From a bacterium (GTDB taxonomy: Bacteria; Oederibacteriota; PGYV01; Palsa-1178), in assembly GCA_037138355.1 (NCBI GenBank), contig JBAXIL010000003.1, positions 1-64,000 of the forward strand: DNA of 64,000 bases. The letters run 5' to 3'. This document shows, piece after piece, positions 39,304 to 48,415 of the stretch. Under the pieces are notes generated by a model. That model worked only from the letters and a program-made list of their open reading frames with translations, was not told the origin of the DNA and made no database searches. The first letter of the stretch is position 1, and each line of letters opens with the position of its first letter. The position numbers and the translations under genes are program-made.

Positions 39304-40947
39304 TCAGACTTTATATTTATAAAATGTCTTTATTGCTTCATATAATGTTAGATTGGCGTATGGTTCAAAAGGCGCACGCAAGGCTTTCATCATTAAAGGA
39401 CTATGCAATATATAACGATAATTTGCGGAGAATTTTACTCCTGTATGTCCGTCCAATTCATCAGTGGTATAAGGAAGGTTTAATACCCAAACCGTGCTTC
39501 CTTTTATCTTATATCCAGTAATTAATGAGTAAGCATTATTAACAAGCGCTATTCTCTTTCCATTTTGTATTTCCCTACTAATAAATATATTGTCATCAAG
39601 CATTTCTTCCGCACCGCGAAAAGTTATGGTCTCTACCTGTATGTGGTCTTCTAATTCTTCTATTTCAAAATATTTTTTTAAACATTTAGCGGCTTCCACA
39701 GTTAAAACAATATTTTTTCTATTTTTGATAAGGAAGGCAAAAAGTGCTGGAAAATCTTCTTTGCGTGCTGACTGAGCTGTTAGAATTACTATCTTTTCCT
39801 TTACATTTCTTTTATCCGTAAGATAAGCAGGGATTCCTGCCATTAAAAAATATTGTGCAAGCAGTTCATCTCCATAAGTATTTGCTTCTCTTATCATAGG
39901 TATAGTAAATATCTTTCCAAAAGATGACAAGCGTCCCATCTTATCAGTTTTTTCTATAAGTTCTTCTACTAAAGGTCTCATTATAGGTTGAGGCATAATA
40001 CCTGCACAGAACAATATAATTTCTTCTGCTCCACCCAAGACAGACTGAAAAGCTTGTTCTGTGTATATTTCTTTATTGCACTGGTATATGTCAAACCATG
40101 CCTTTTTAACCTTACCTGGAGCAATTTGTTTTATATATTTAAAGAACATTGAACCATAAGCAGGCAAAAACCTTGCTTGTTTAAAATCACGGGTTTCCGT
40201 TCCAACGCCTATCTCATCATATATATCAATAAGCTTTGTGAGATCATAACCACGATCATAAAAACGCTCATACCACTGAGGAAGCTTAAGTATAATATTC
40301 ACATTTGGATTTACTTTTTTTGCTGGTTCAATAATAAATTTCTTTGAAACATCAAAAAGTAATTTAGACCTATACTCCTGCCATGTCTTTTTTCCTTTAC
40401 CTTTTTTACATTCAGTACATTCACAAGAAGTAAAAAACCAATCATCTATTATTATCTCATCAAATAGACCTGCTGTTATTTCAAAAACTTTCTTCATTTT
40501 TTTATTTGCTTCTTTATCAGAAAAACAACCTGAAGCTGTTGGAGTTTCATTTTTCACTTTGTCAGAAAAATGCGTAGGTGTAACAGCCCCAGAAACTTCG
40601 TATCCCTCTTCTATTAATTCGGCTTTCATAGCTTCTATTACAGGTATGTCTACCGTGTAACCATCTCTATATGTTTCAAGATATACTTTCTTAATAGATA
40701 AAGGAGAAAAAATACCCATAAATTTTTTAATAATAGGTCCATAATCGCGTACATCAAAAGCAGTAAAGAAAAGTGCATAATAAAAATTCTTAGGGGATAT
40801 GGTTTTTCCTTTAAAAGGCGTAAAATCATTTATAAGGGGGTCTTTTGGAACTGAAATAGGCCACTTAGCAAGCGGCCTTAAGTTCTTAGCGGGGTAATTC
40901 AAACTTTCTACAAATTCAATCTGTTTTTGTTTAATCTTTTCGGTCAT
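39304..40947 (-). CDS. Hypothetical cytoplasmic protein, glycoside-hydrolase-like TIM barrel suspected
   Basis: 547-aa ORF; KVYLETYR, FDEIIIDDWFFTSCECTEC (CxCxxC as in GH42-like proteins); no signal peptide. Confidence 0.55.
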   Translation of the reverse strand: MTEKIKQKQIEFVESLNYPAKNLRPLAKWPISVPKDPLINDFTPFKGKTISPKNFYYALFFTAFDVRDYGPIIKKFMGIFSPLSIKKVYLETYRDGYTVDIPVIEAMKAELIEEGYEVSGAVTPTHFSDKVKNETPTASGCFSDKEANKKMKKVFEITAGLFDEIIIDDWFFTSCECTECKKGKGKKTWQEYRSKLLFDVSKKFIIEPAKKVNPNVNIILKLPQWYERFYDRGYDLTKLIDIYDEIGVGTETRDFKQARFLPAYGSMFFKYIKQIAPGKVKKAWFDIYQCNKEIYTEQAFQSVLGGAEEIILFCAGIMPQPIMRPLVEELIEKTDKMGRLSSFGKIFTIPMIREANTYGDELLAQYFLMAGIPAYLTDKRNVKEKIVILTAQSARKEDFPALFAFLIKNRKNIVLTVEAAKCLKKYFEIEELEDHIQVETITFRGAEEMLDDNIFISREIQNGKRIALVNNAYSLITGYKIKGSTVWVLNLPYTTDELDGHTGVKFSANYRYILHSPLMMKALRAPFEPYANLTLYEAIKTFYKYKV

Positions 40948-41040
40948 TTAGTACTCCCTTTTCTATAAATAAATTATACTACTAATAATTTTTTATTACA
41001 AGAAGTATAAACACTTGCATTTCATTAAAACTTTAATAAC

Positions 41041-41099
41041 TTGACTACTATAAACATAAATGGTATAACTGTTGAACTTGGAACAGTTCCATTTGGAAC
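41041..41099 (+). promoter_or_regulatory. Promoter and tandem MarR-type operators
   Basis: TTGACT-17-TATAAC, then GTTGAACTTGGAAC (41071-84) and perfect palindrome GTTCCATTTGGAAC (41086-99). Confidence 0.75.
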
Positions 41100-41125
41100 A
41101 ATTATAATAGTTTTAGGAGTTTTAA

Positions 41126-41566
41126 GTGAAAAAGCATAAAAACATGAAATCACAGGTGAGTAGTTCTCGTCGCATTATAGGTTTAATAAGAGATGCCCAT
41201 GCCCTTCTCCGTAGTCGCTTTATGTCAAAAGCGCAGAATATGGGTTATAGTATGCCACAATTCATGGTAATGTATGAATTAACTTCAGCCGGTGATATGA
41301 CAATGCACGAACTTAATGGAAGACTGAAGCTTCCTAAATCCACAGTTTCAAGAATAGTTGACCAGCTCGTGGACAAAAAAATGTTAAAACGAATTAGGCC
41401 TGAAAATAACCGTCGAGTAGTTATGTTAAAAGCCACTCCAAGTTATATAAAGGGAAAAATGGCTATTAGGAATCTTGTGGTTGAAGATATAGATAAAGTA
41501 TTAAGCCACAGCAAAGCAAAGATATTATTACAAGCTCTCGAAGAACTTGTAGAATCAATCAAATAA
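41126..41566 (+). CDS. MarR-family regulator
   Basis: SMPQF, KSTVSRIVDQLV.K, NRR. Confidence 0.92.
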   Translation: MKKHKNMKSQVSSSRRIIGLIRDAHALLRSRFMSKAQNMGYSMPQFMVMYELTSAGDMTMHELNGRLKLPKSTVSRIVDQLVDKKMLKRIRPENNRRVVMLKATPSYIKGKMAIRNLVVEDIDKVLSHSKAKILLQALEELVESIK

Positions 41567-41599
41567 CTAATTTTAATATAACATCAATGAGGTGAACAA

Positions 41600-42466
41600 A
41601 TGACTGAGAAAAACTTGCAACATCACGAAACGATCCATGAACCAAAAGTAGCTAAGCAACCATGGTGGAAAAACAAAAGGACAATAATAACTGCCCAAAT
41701 TATGGGAGCTTTATTTGTAGCCATTTTTGTATTTTGGTTTATTTATTTAATGCCTTTTGTTTCAACCGACGATGCCAGAATTGATGCCGATACAATAAAA
41801 ATTGCCAATCTCGGTACTACTGGGCAAATTATAAAAGTTTTTGTAAAAGAAGGCGACAAAGTTGAAGCCGGTACCATACTGGCAGAGCTTGACCACGCCT
41901 CAGCAGAAGCCCAACTTTCAAGAGTGCAAGCTGCGTCACATTTTGCTAAAATTGACTTAAAAAGAACAAAAGCCATTGCTTCACAACAAGGTTTAAGCCA
42001 ACAATCTGTGGATAAAACCATTCAAATGAATACCATAACACAAGCAGACTTAAAGCTTGCAGAAATAGCGCTTGATAGAACTTACATAAAAAGTCCTGTT
42101 TCCGGTATAGTTGTTCAAAAGTCAGCTCAAGAAGGCAATATTCTTGAAAGCAATCAAACTGCATTTATGGTAGCAGACATAGAACATGCAAGTATTTCAG
42201 CAAACATACTTGAAAAATCAGTTGGGGTTGTAAAAAATGGACAAGTGGTTTTTATTAAAATAGATGAAGGTGGTAAATTAAAAGGTAAAGTTGTAGATGT
42301 ACGCAGAGCAGCTGCTTCTGTTTTTGCTTTGATTCCATCTGATAATGCTTCTGGTAATTTTGTAAAAGTTGAACAACGCATCCCTATCAAAATAGAACTT
42401 GAACCAAACCATACAAAAAACTTAAGAGTTGGACAGTCCGTTGAAATTAAAATAAAAGTAAGATAG
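41600..42466 (+). CDS. EmrA/HlyD-family adaptor
   Basis: VSTDDA, FALIPSDNASGNFVKVEQRIPIKI. Confidence 0.93.
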   Translation: MTEKNLQHHETIHEPKVAKQPWWKNKRTIITAQIMGALFVAIFVFWFIYLMPFVSTDDARIDADTIKIANLGTTGQIIKVFVKEGDKVEAGTILAELDHASAEAQLSRVQAASHFAKIDLKRTKAIASQQGLSQQSVDKTIQMNTITQADLKLAEIALDRTYIKSPVSGIVVQKSAQEGNILESNQTAFMVADIEHASISANILEKSVGVVKNGQVVFIKIDEGGKLKGKVVDVRRAAASVFALIPSDNASGNFVKVEQRIPIKIELEPNHTKNLRVGQSVEIKIKVR

Positions 42467-42502
42467 TTTTTTTTACTTATGCAAAAAAATAAAAGGTGAA
42501 TA

Positions 42503-44098
42503 ATGGATCGTAATCTACACGAAACTTTTCCTCCTGGCTATAAATGGAAAGTACTGGCCATTATAATGATAGGCACAATGATGGCGACCCTTGACTCATC
42601 CATCGTAAATGTTTCTATCCCAGCAATCATGTCAGATTTTGGATCAAACTTAGAAGACATAGAATGGATTATGACTGGTTATATGCTCGCTTTTGCAGCG
42701 CTTATGCCATTAACGGGTTGGCTCAGAGAAAGAATTGGTTACAAAAATATTCTAATCAGTTCTCTTATTTTATTTACTGTGGGTTCCCTATTGTGCGGTA
42801 TGGCATGGAATCTTCCATCTCTCATTACAGCCAGAATCTTACAGGCTATAGGCGGTGGTGCCATAATGCCCACTGGTATGGCTATGCTTTTTGAAGTTTT
42901 TCCACTTAAAGAAAGAGGAAAAGCCATGGGTTTTTGGGGCATGGGCATTATAGTTGGTCCTGCGATAGGACCTACTCTCGGAGGTTATCTAACACACTCT
43001 TTCGGCTGGCGTTCTATATTTCTTGTCAACCTTCCTATAGGAATAATTGCTGTTATGATGGCAGCTGAAATGTTATTAAAAGATAATCTTCTTTCCAAAA
43101 TAAAAAAATCATTTGATTTTTGGGGTTTTGCTTTTCTTACAATATTTCTTGTATCGTTTCTTTTAGGCATGTCAAAAGGCGAAAAAGAAGGTTGGCTATC
43201 TGTTTTTATTATTTCATGTTTTATATTAGCCATAACCAGTTTTGTTGGATTTATGCTTGTAGAACTGCATTTAAAAGAAGGTCACGGAATTGTTGATTTA
43301 TCACTTTTCAAATCCCCTGTATTTTCCATAGCGGCAATAATAGCTGTTGTCAGATCTATAGGTTTATTTGGGGGTGTATTTTTAATTCCTTTATTTTTGC
43401 AACAGCAAATGGGCTACAATGAATTGCAAAGTGGACTTATTATGCTTCCAAGTTCCCTACTTATGGCCTTTGTCCTTCCTTTTGTAGGCCGTATGGCAGA
43501 CAAAGTTGGGCCAAAAATACCTTCACTTATTGGTTTAGTCCTCATGGCATATAGTTTAATTGTCTATAAAACCATTGATGTCAATACCAGCCTATGGGAT
43601 TTAATAAATCCTATGTTAATCAGAAGTTTTGGTATGGCTCTTTTAATGGCTCCTATTACTACAGCTGCCATGAATTCCGTGCCTTCAAGAAAAGCAGGTA
43701 TGGCATCTTCACTAATGAATATTATACAGCAAGTAGGTGGATCTATAGGTATTGCCTTTTTCGCTACTGCTCTTTCCAACCGCGCACATTATCATATAAG
43801 CATAGTAAGCGAATCAGCAAAAAGTACTAACCCTGCTTTTATAGAAGCAGCTTCAAAAATAATGCAACATGTACACACCATGGGATTTTCATATTCACAA
43901 TCCATGACTGCAGCAAAAATCGCCATTGTAAAAACAATGACAAAAGCCGCTATGGTCATGTCATTTCAAGATGCTTTTATTATAGGCGGTATTATCGTTG
44001 CCTTAGCCATACCTATGGCAATTTTTCTTCCAAGCAAGGCCGTTCACCATGTTCATGGAGAATCAAAAGAAGGCGGGAGAGCAATTATAATAGATTGA
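42503..44098 (+). CDS. DHA2 (EmrB/QacA) MFS efflux transporter
   Basis: LDSSIVNVSIP, RILQAIGGG, GPAIGPTLGG, WRSIFLVNLPIG. Confidence 0.95.
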   Translation: MDRNLHETFPPGYKWKVLAIIMIGTMMATLDSSIVNVSIPAIMSDFGSNLEDIEWIMTGYMLAFAALMPLTGWLRERIGYKNILISSLILFTVGSLLCGMAWNLPSLITARILQAIGGGAIMPTGMAMLFEVFPLKERGKAMGFWGMGIIVGPAIGPTLGGYLTHSFGWRSIFLVNLPIGIIAVMMAAEMLLKDNLLSKIKKSFDFWGFAFLTIFLVSFLLGMSKGEKEGWLSVFIISCFILAITSFVGFMLVELHLKEGHGIVDLSLFKSPVFSIAAIIAVVRSIGLFGGVFLIPLFLQQQMGYNELQSGLIMLPSSLLMAFVLPFVGRMADKVGPKIPSLIGLVLMAYSLIVYKTIDVNTSLWDLINPMLIRSFGMALLMAPITTAAMNSVPSRKAGMASSLMNIIQQVGGSIGIAFFATALSNRAHYHISIVSESAKSTNPAFIEAASKIMQHVHTMGFSYSQSMTAAKIAIVKTMTKAAMVMSFQDAFIIGGIIVALAIPMAIFLPSKAVHHVHGESKEGGRAIIID

Positions 44099-44103
44099 TT
44101 TTT

Positions 44104-45498
44104 TTATTTAACATCAATTAATGTTATCTTTCCTTCTACTCTTTTCCCTGAATGATAATCTACATAAACAATTGTCTTAAAATTTTTATATTTTCTATTT
44201 AAAAAAAGTGCCGTTTTTTCAGCATCAGGATTTTTAATATACACCGGATAAATACCATGATAGATTGCCATTTGATAGTAGAGATTTCTCTTTTCCGTTA
44301 TAGCTATAACTGGTTTTTCAGGTCTATAATCAGACATATAAGTTATGTCATGAAGTTCTTTTGTTTTTATTGCAATTCCGCAATTTTTCAGAACTCTCGG
44401 CATACACGCCGCTGCATACGACAAAGCATTTTCACTTTTATTTTCTTTTATCATAATATTTAAATCAGGTTTTCTATTTTTTATCATATCTGCTTCTGCT
44501 TTTTTTATTATTTCAGACATACTCTTAACTGTTTTTTCAGGATACTTTCCTATAGATGTTTCTCCAGACAACATAAGAGTATCAGCTCCGTCTAAAACTG
44601 CATTATATACGTCAGTAACTTCCGCTCTTTCAGGATAGGGATTATTTGTCATTGATTCTAACATTTGAGTGGCGACTATTACAAGTTTTCCTGTTTCATT
44701 AGCTTTTAAAATCATTTTTTTCTGCATTTGAGGTACATTCATATAACCAGCTTCTACAGCCAAGTCACCGCGTGCTACCATAATCCCATCTGAAACCTTT
44801 AAAATAGCATCTATATCTTTAACAGCTTCAGGTTTTTCTATCTTGGCTATTACCAAAGGAGAACAATTTTTATGTTTTAAAATTATTTTCTTTAGTGCAG
44901 TCATATCATCAGCAGAACGAACAAATGACAAGCACACTATATCAACTTTATTTTTAAGTCCGTATTTTAAATTAACACTGTCCCGCTTTGTTAGAGAGTT
45001 AACAGGCAATTTTGCGCCAGGAAGATTGACGCCCTTTCTTCCAGCTATATCACCACCAGCAATTACCAAACATAATATTTTATCATTTTTTATTTTATTT
45101 ACCTTAAGCTCTACTAATCCATCATTTATCATTATTTTTTGTCCGACAGTTATGTGTTTGTATAAATTTTTTATATCAATTGCTATAGTTTTATTGCTAT
45201 CGTCCGTAAAGTGCTTTTCATTACATATAGTAATGATTTCACCCTTTTTTACAGTTACTATGTTTTCCATAGCGATAGTCCTTATTTTAGGTCCTTGCAA
45301 GTCCTGCATTATAGCCACTGCTTCGCCACTATTTTCTCTGGCTTTTTTTATATTTTTAATCACCTTGTCGAAGAAATTCATATCCCCATGTGAAAAATTA
45401 AGCCGGAAAACATTTACTCCAGCCTTAATCAACGCAACAATTTTTAAATACCCAGCAGTAGCAGGTCCGAGTGTCGCTATAATCTTTGTTTTTTTCAT
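44104..45498 (-). CDS. pyk: Pyruvate kinase
   Basis: TKIIATLGP, RLNFSHG, DLQGPKIR, AKIE, MVARGDL, ATQMLES. Confidence 0.97.
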   Translation of the reverse strand: MKKTKIIATLGPATAGYLKIVALIKAGVNVFRLNFSHGDMNFFDKVIKNIKKARENSGEAVAIMQDLQGPKIRTIAMENIVTVKKGEIITICNEKHFTDDSNKTIAIDIKNLYKHITVGQKIMINDGLVELKVNKIKNDKILCLVIAGGDIAGRKGVNLPGAKLPVNSLTKRDSVNLKYGLKNKVDIVCLSFVRSADDMTALKKIILKHKNCSPLVIAKIEKPEAVKDIDAILKVSDGIMVARGDLAVEAGYMNVPQMQKKMILKANETGKLVIVATQMLESMTNNPYPERAEVTDVYNAVLDGADTLMLSGETSIGKYPEKTVKSMSEIIKKAEADMIKNRKPDLNIMIKENKSENALSYAAACMPRVLKNCGIAIKTKELHDITYMSDYRPEKPVIAITEKRNLYYQMAIYHGIYPVYIKNPDAEKTALFLNRKYKNFKTIVYVDYHSGKRVEGKITLIDVK

Positions 45499-45590
45499 TT
45501 ATGTACTTCCTCCATTTTTTACCATATACATGACCATATTTCTATTTAATTGATTATAACACAAAAAATGTTTTAAGGCCTATTTTGAAC

Positions 45591-45651
45591 AAAAAAAACA
45601 GGCACACCCTGCGCTATGACCCGTATTACTACGGTCCGGTGTGCCTGTTTT
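45591..45651 (-). terminator. Intrinsic terminator whose 14-bp stem encloses a 29-nt structured insert
   Basis: AAAACAGGCACACC-[GGACCGTA GTAA TACGGGTC ATAGCGCAG]-GGTGTGCCTGTTTT TTTT. Confidence 0.75.
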
Positions 45652-45669
45652 GAAATATCTTAAAGTAAA

Positions 45670-45885
45670 TTACTTTGCTGCAACTGGTGTTACTACTACT
45701 GTTGCTACTACTGCTGCTTTTGCTTTCTTTGCTTTTCTTACTTTTTTTACTTTTACTACTTTAGCTGTTTCTGTTGTTGATACTGGTACCACTGCTGTTG
45801 TTACTGCTGCTACTTTTGTTTCTGCTGCAAATACCATTGTTGAAGCTAATGCCAATGCCATAACGATTACTACGAACTTTTTCAT
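45670..45885 (-). CDS. Small secreted Lys/Ala/Val/Thr-rich protein
   Basis: AGGAGG RBS, Sec signal MKKFVV..VFA, low-complexity basic mature part. Confidence 0.85.
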   Translation of the reverse strand: MKKFVVIVMALALASTMVFAAETKVAAVTTAVVPVSTTETAKVVKVKKVRKAKKAKAAVVATVVVTPVAAK

Positions 45886-45937
45886 GCTGTTCCTCCTGAG
45901 TTTTTTTGTCTTTCTATTGCGCAGTTTTTTTATTTTA

Positions 45938-46153
45938 TTACTGTGCTACTGTCGTTGCTACTTTGTGCAAAGCTGCTTTCTTTTTGTGATGATTTCTTTT
46001 TTTACTCTTTGTTTTCTTTACTTTTACTGGAGCAGTGACTACAGCAGTTGTTGAATCTACTCCTGCAGTATTCTCAACTGGTTTGCTCTCCGCAGCAAAA
46101 ATCATTGTAGTTGCAAACGCAAACGCTAAAACTAAAATAAATACTTTTTTCAT
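45938..46153 (-). CDS. Small secreted Lys/His-rich protein (paralog of 45670-45885)
   Basis: AGGAGG RBS, MKKVFIL..TMIFAAE signal, KKTKSKKRNHHKKK. Confidence 0.85.
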   Translation of the reverse strand: MKKVFILVLAFAFATTMIFAAESKPVENTAGVDSTTAVVTAPVKVKKTKSKKRNHHKKKAALHKVATTVAQ

Positions 46154-46236
46154 AAAATCCTCCTTCATTTTTTTTAATATAAAAATATAATAAATGTAAT
46201 TATCAAGATAGAGGGGGAAAATAAAACAGGGGATGT

Positions 46237-46602
46237 TTATTTACGGGTTCTAATTATAGTAAGATTTACCTTTGTTTTATAAATAGCATCTGTATTTACA
46301 CTTGAATATGCAGGTGCAGTTTCATATTTAAAATCAGTTCTGTGAATAAACGTATTATTTTCAAATCCAAACTTATTATTTTCTTCAGCTGTAAACGATA
46401 CAATACTCCTGGAATTAGTTGAATGTCTATGATTATGTTTCTTATGTATTGCTTGTTTGAATCCAGAATTTGTAATAGTTTCTTGTGAAATGCCAGTCAA
46501 AATATCTGTTTTATGATATTGATTAACTATTTCAGGTTGTATTTGTGCATATGCAACTGTAATAATTGCAAGCAAAATTGCTATTATCATTGCTTTTTTC
46601 AC
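46237..46602 (-). CDS. Small secreted hypothetical protein with His/Lys patch
   Basis: AGGAGG RBS + GTG, signal peptide ending AYA, HKKHNHRH. Confidence 0.7.
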   Translation of the reverse strand: MKKAMIIAILLAIITVAYAQIQPEIVNQYHKTDILTGISQETITNSGFKQAIHKKHNHRHSTNSRSIVSFTAEENNKFGFENNTFIHRTDFKYETAPAYSSVNTDAIYKTKVNLTIIRTRK

Positions 46603-46643
46603 AATATACCTCCTGAAATTGTATTTTATTTAAACAACAGCAA

Positions 46644-46672
46644 TTAGACGATTGCAAATACCTTAAAGTTCC
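46644..46672 (-). promoter_or_regulatory. sigmaE-type ECF promoter
   Basis: GGAACTT-16 bp-GTCTAA on the minus strand, about 40 bp upstream of the GTG start. Confidence 0.7.
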
Positions 46673-46850
46673 ATTTACTTTGGATTTTTTCCGCATTATT
46701 CACCAATCATATTTCAACTCTATTGATATGCAGCAATGCTTATCAAAATGTAAAAATAGAATTAATTATCTTTGTTTAAGATGCTTTCTTGAATAATAAA
46801 ACATTATATCTTTAAAAAAAGCTAAAAAACGCCATAAACACCTTTAATTC

Positions 46851-46879
46851 TTGACATACCCATTAATCCTTGTTAGAAT
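46851..46879 (+). promoter_or_regulatory. sigma70-type promoter
   Basis: TTGACA-17-TAGAAT with TG extension. Confidence 0.8.
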
Positions 46880-46916
46880 AATTTGATTTTACAACATAAT
46901 TTCATGGAGGAAAATT

Positions 46917-47540
46917 TTGAAAAAAACTACTTTTTTGAGCTTATTTGGTGTATTGTTGCTATCTTCCCTATTCTTAATCTCAGGTTGTGGTACAGATGTA
47001 AAAAGAGCAAGAAAAGATGCAGCTCTATTAAATAGCTTTGAAACATTACAATCTGAACTCTCCATAGGTGACTTTAACTTAGACACAAACGGATATGTTA
47101 ATTTAGAACAAATAAAGAAATATGCTTCGCAAGGTAAGTTCTCAGCTAAAGCGGTTTTTTCCGTACCTGTAGATTTTCTCACTACAACACAGGCTGCTAA
47201 AGCCAAAACATGGATTTCTTCCTTATCTATGGGTATTAATACTCTTACAAAACTAAAAACAACGGATTGGCAATATTATAAGAAATTTTCTATTGATATA
47301 TATGTAGCCGATCCGACAGCACCAGATATTTTCATAAAGTTAGTAGATATGTACGGAAATGAGTATTTAACACAAAGAGTTCTTAAAAACGGAAGAAACA
47401 AACTTGAGATAATTTTAGAAGATGTAAAAAATTCCAGAGTAAGTATATCTGCAATTACATCATTTTCAATATATATGGATACAATAAACCAACCAAAAGA
47501 TATCACACTTTATCTTGATAATATAAGATTGGTTTTATAA
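46917..47540 (+). CDS. Lipoprotein with CBM-like beta-sandwich domain
   Basis: Lipobox ISGC; SFE, SQGKFSAK, DW..Y...IDIY, TLYLDNIRL pattern. Confidence 0.6.
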   Translation: MKKTTFLSLFGVLLLSSLFLISGCGTDVKRARKDAALLNSFETLQSELSIGDFNLDTNGYVNLEQIKKYASQGKFSAKAVFSVPVDFLTTTQAAKAKTWISSLSMGINTLTKLKTTDWQYYKKFSIDIYVADPTAPDIFIKLVDMYGNEYLTQRVLKNGRNKLEIILEDVKNSRVSISAITSFSIYMDTINQPKDITLYLDNIRLVL

Positions 47541-47545
47541 GTTTT

Positions 47546-48415
47546 ATGAAATCAATCGGTGTACTTTTTGACCTACTCAGGGTTAAACAGTGGACAAAAA
47601 ATCTTTTAATTTACGCCGCCCTTGTTTTTACCAGCAATCTTTTTAATCCTATTTATTTTCGCAGTGTTACTATAGGATTTTTTCTTCTTTGTTTTGCGGC
47701 AAGCTCTCTTTATATCTTTAACGACTTAGCTGATTACGAATCAGACCGACTTCACCCCCAAAAGAGAAATAGACCTATTGCCTCAAATAAAGTTAATAAA
47801 ATTTTTGCGTTGAGCTTAGCCATTCTTTTAATGTCATTTTCCTTAATTGGTGCTTATTTTCTTAACTTTAGTTTTTTCATCCTAATTATATGCTATCTCA
47901 CTATGACTACACTTTATACTTTATTTTTAAAACATATTGTTATAGTTGATGTCTTCATATTATCTATAGGTTTCGTTTTAAGAGCGATTGCAGGTGCCCT
48001 TGTGTTATCTGTTTCCATATCACCTTGGTTATTAATTTGTACCCTTTTATTGGCACTCTTTTTGGCTTTAGCAAAAAGAAGAAACGAACTCACCATACCA
48101 GATGCTCACAAACACAGAAAAATTTTAGAAGAATACTCCATACCACTTTTGGATGAAATGATATCAGTAGTTACAGCTTCTACAGTTATTGCCTATTCGC
48201 TTTATACCTTTTATTCTCCAACAGCAGTCAAACATAGCTATCTTATGCTAACCATACCTTTTGTATTATACGGAATTTTCAGATATTTGTATTTAATACA
48301 CAAAAAAAATATGGGCGGAAGTCCTGAAGCAATTCTTCTTAAAGATTTACCAATAATGATAAATGTAATTCTTTTTGTCTTGACCACAATAATAATTGTT
48401 TATTTTGTTAAATGA
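47546..48415 (+). CDS. Decaprenyl-phosphate phosphoribosyltransferase-like UbiA-family protein
   Basis: LRVKQWTKN, YIFND..D...DRLHP.KR.RPIAS, KRR.E, G.SP. Confidence 0.9.
   Translation: MKSIGVLFDLLRVKQWTKNLLIYAALVFTSNLFNPIYFRSVTIGFFLLCFAASSLYIFNDLADYESDRLHPQKRNRPIASNKVNKIFALSLAILLMSFSLIGAYFLNFSFFILIICYLTMTTLYTLFLKHIVIVDVFILSIGFVLRAIAGALVLSVSISPWLLICTLLLALFLALAKRRNELTIPDAHKHRKILEEYSIPLLDEMISVVTASTVIAYSLYTFYSPTAVKHSYLMLTIPFVLYGIFRYLYLIHKKNMGGSPEAILLKDLPIMINVILFVLTTIIIVYFVK

Noticed and set aside
45641..46054. 137-aa plus-strand ORF
   Set aside because: Antisense to two ORFs with RBS and signal peptides; it begins inside the terminator
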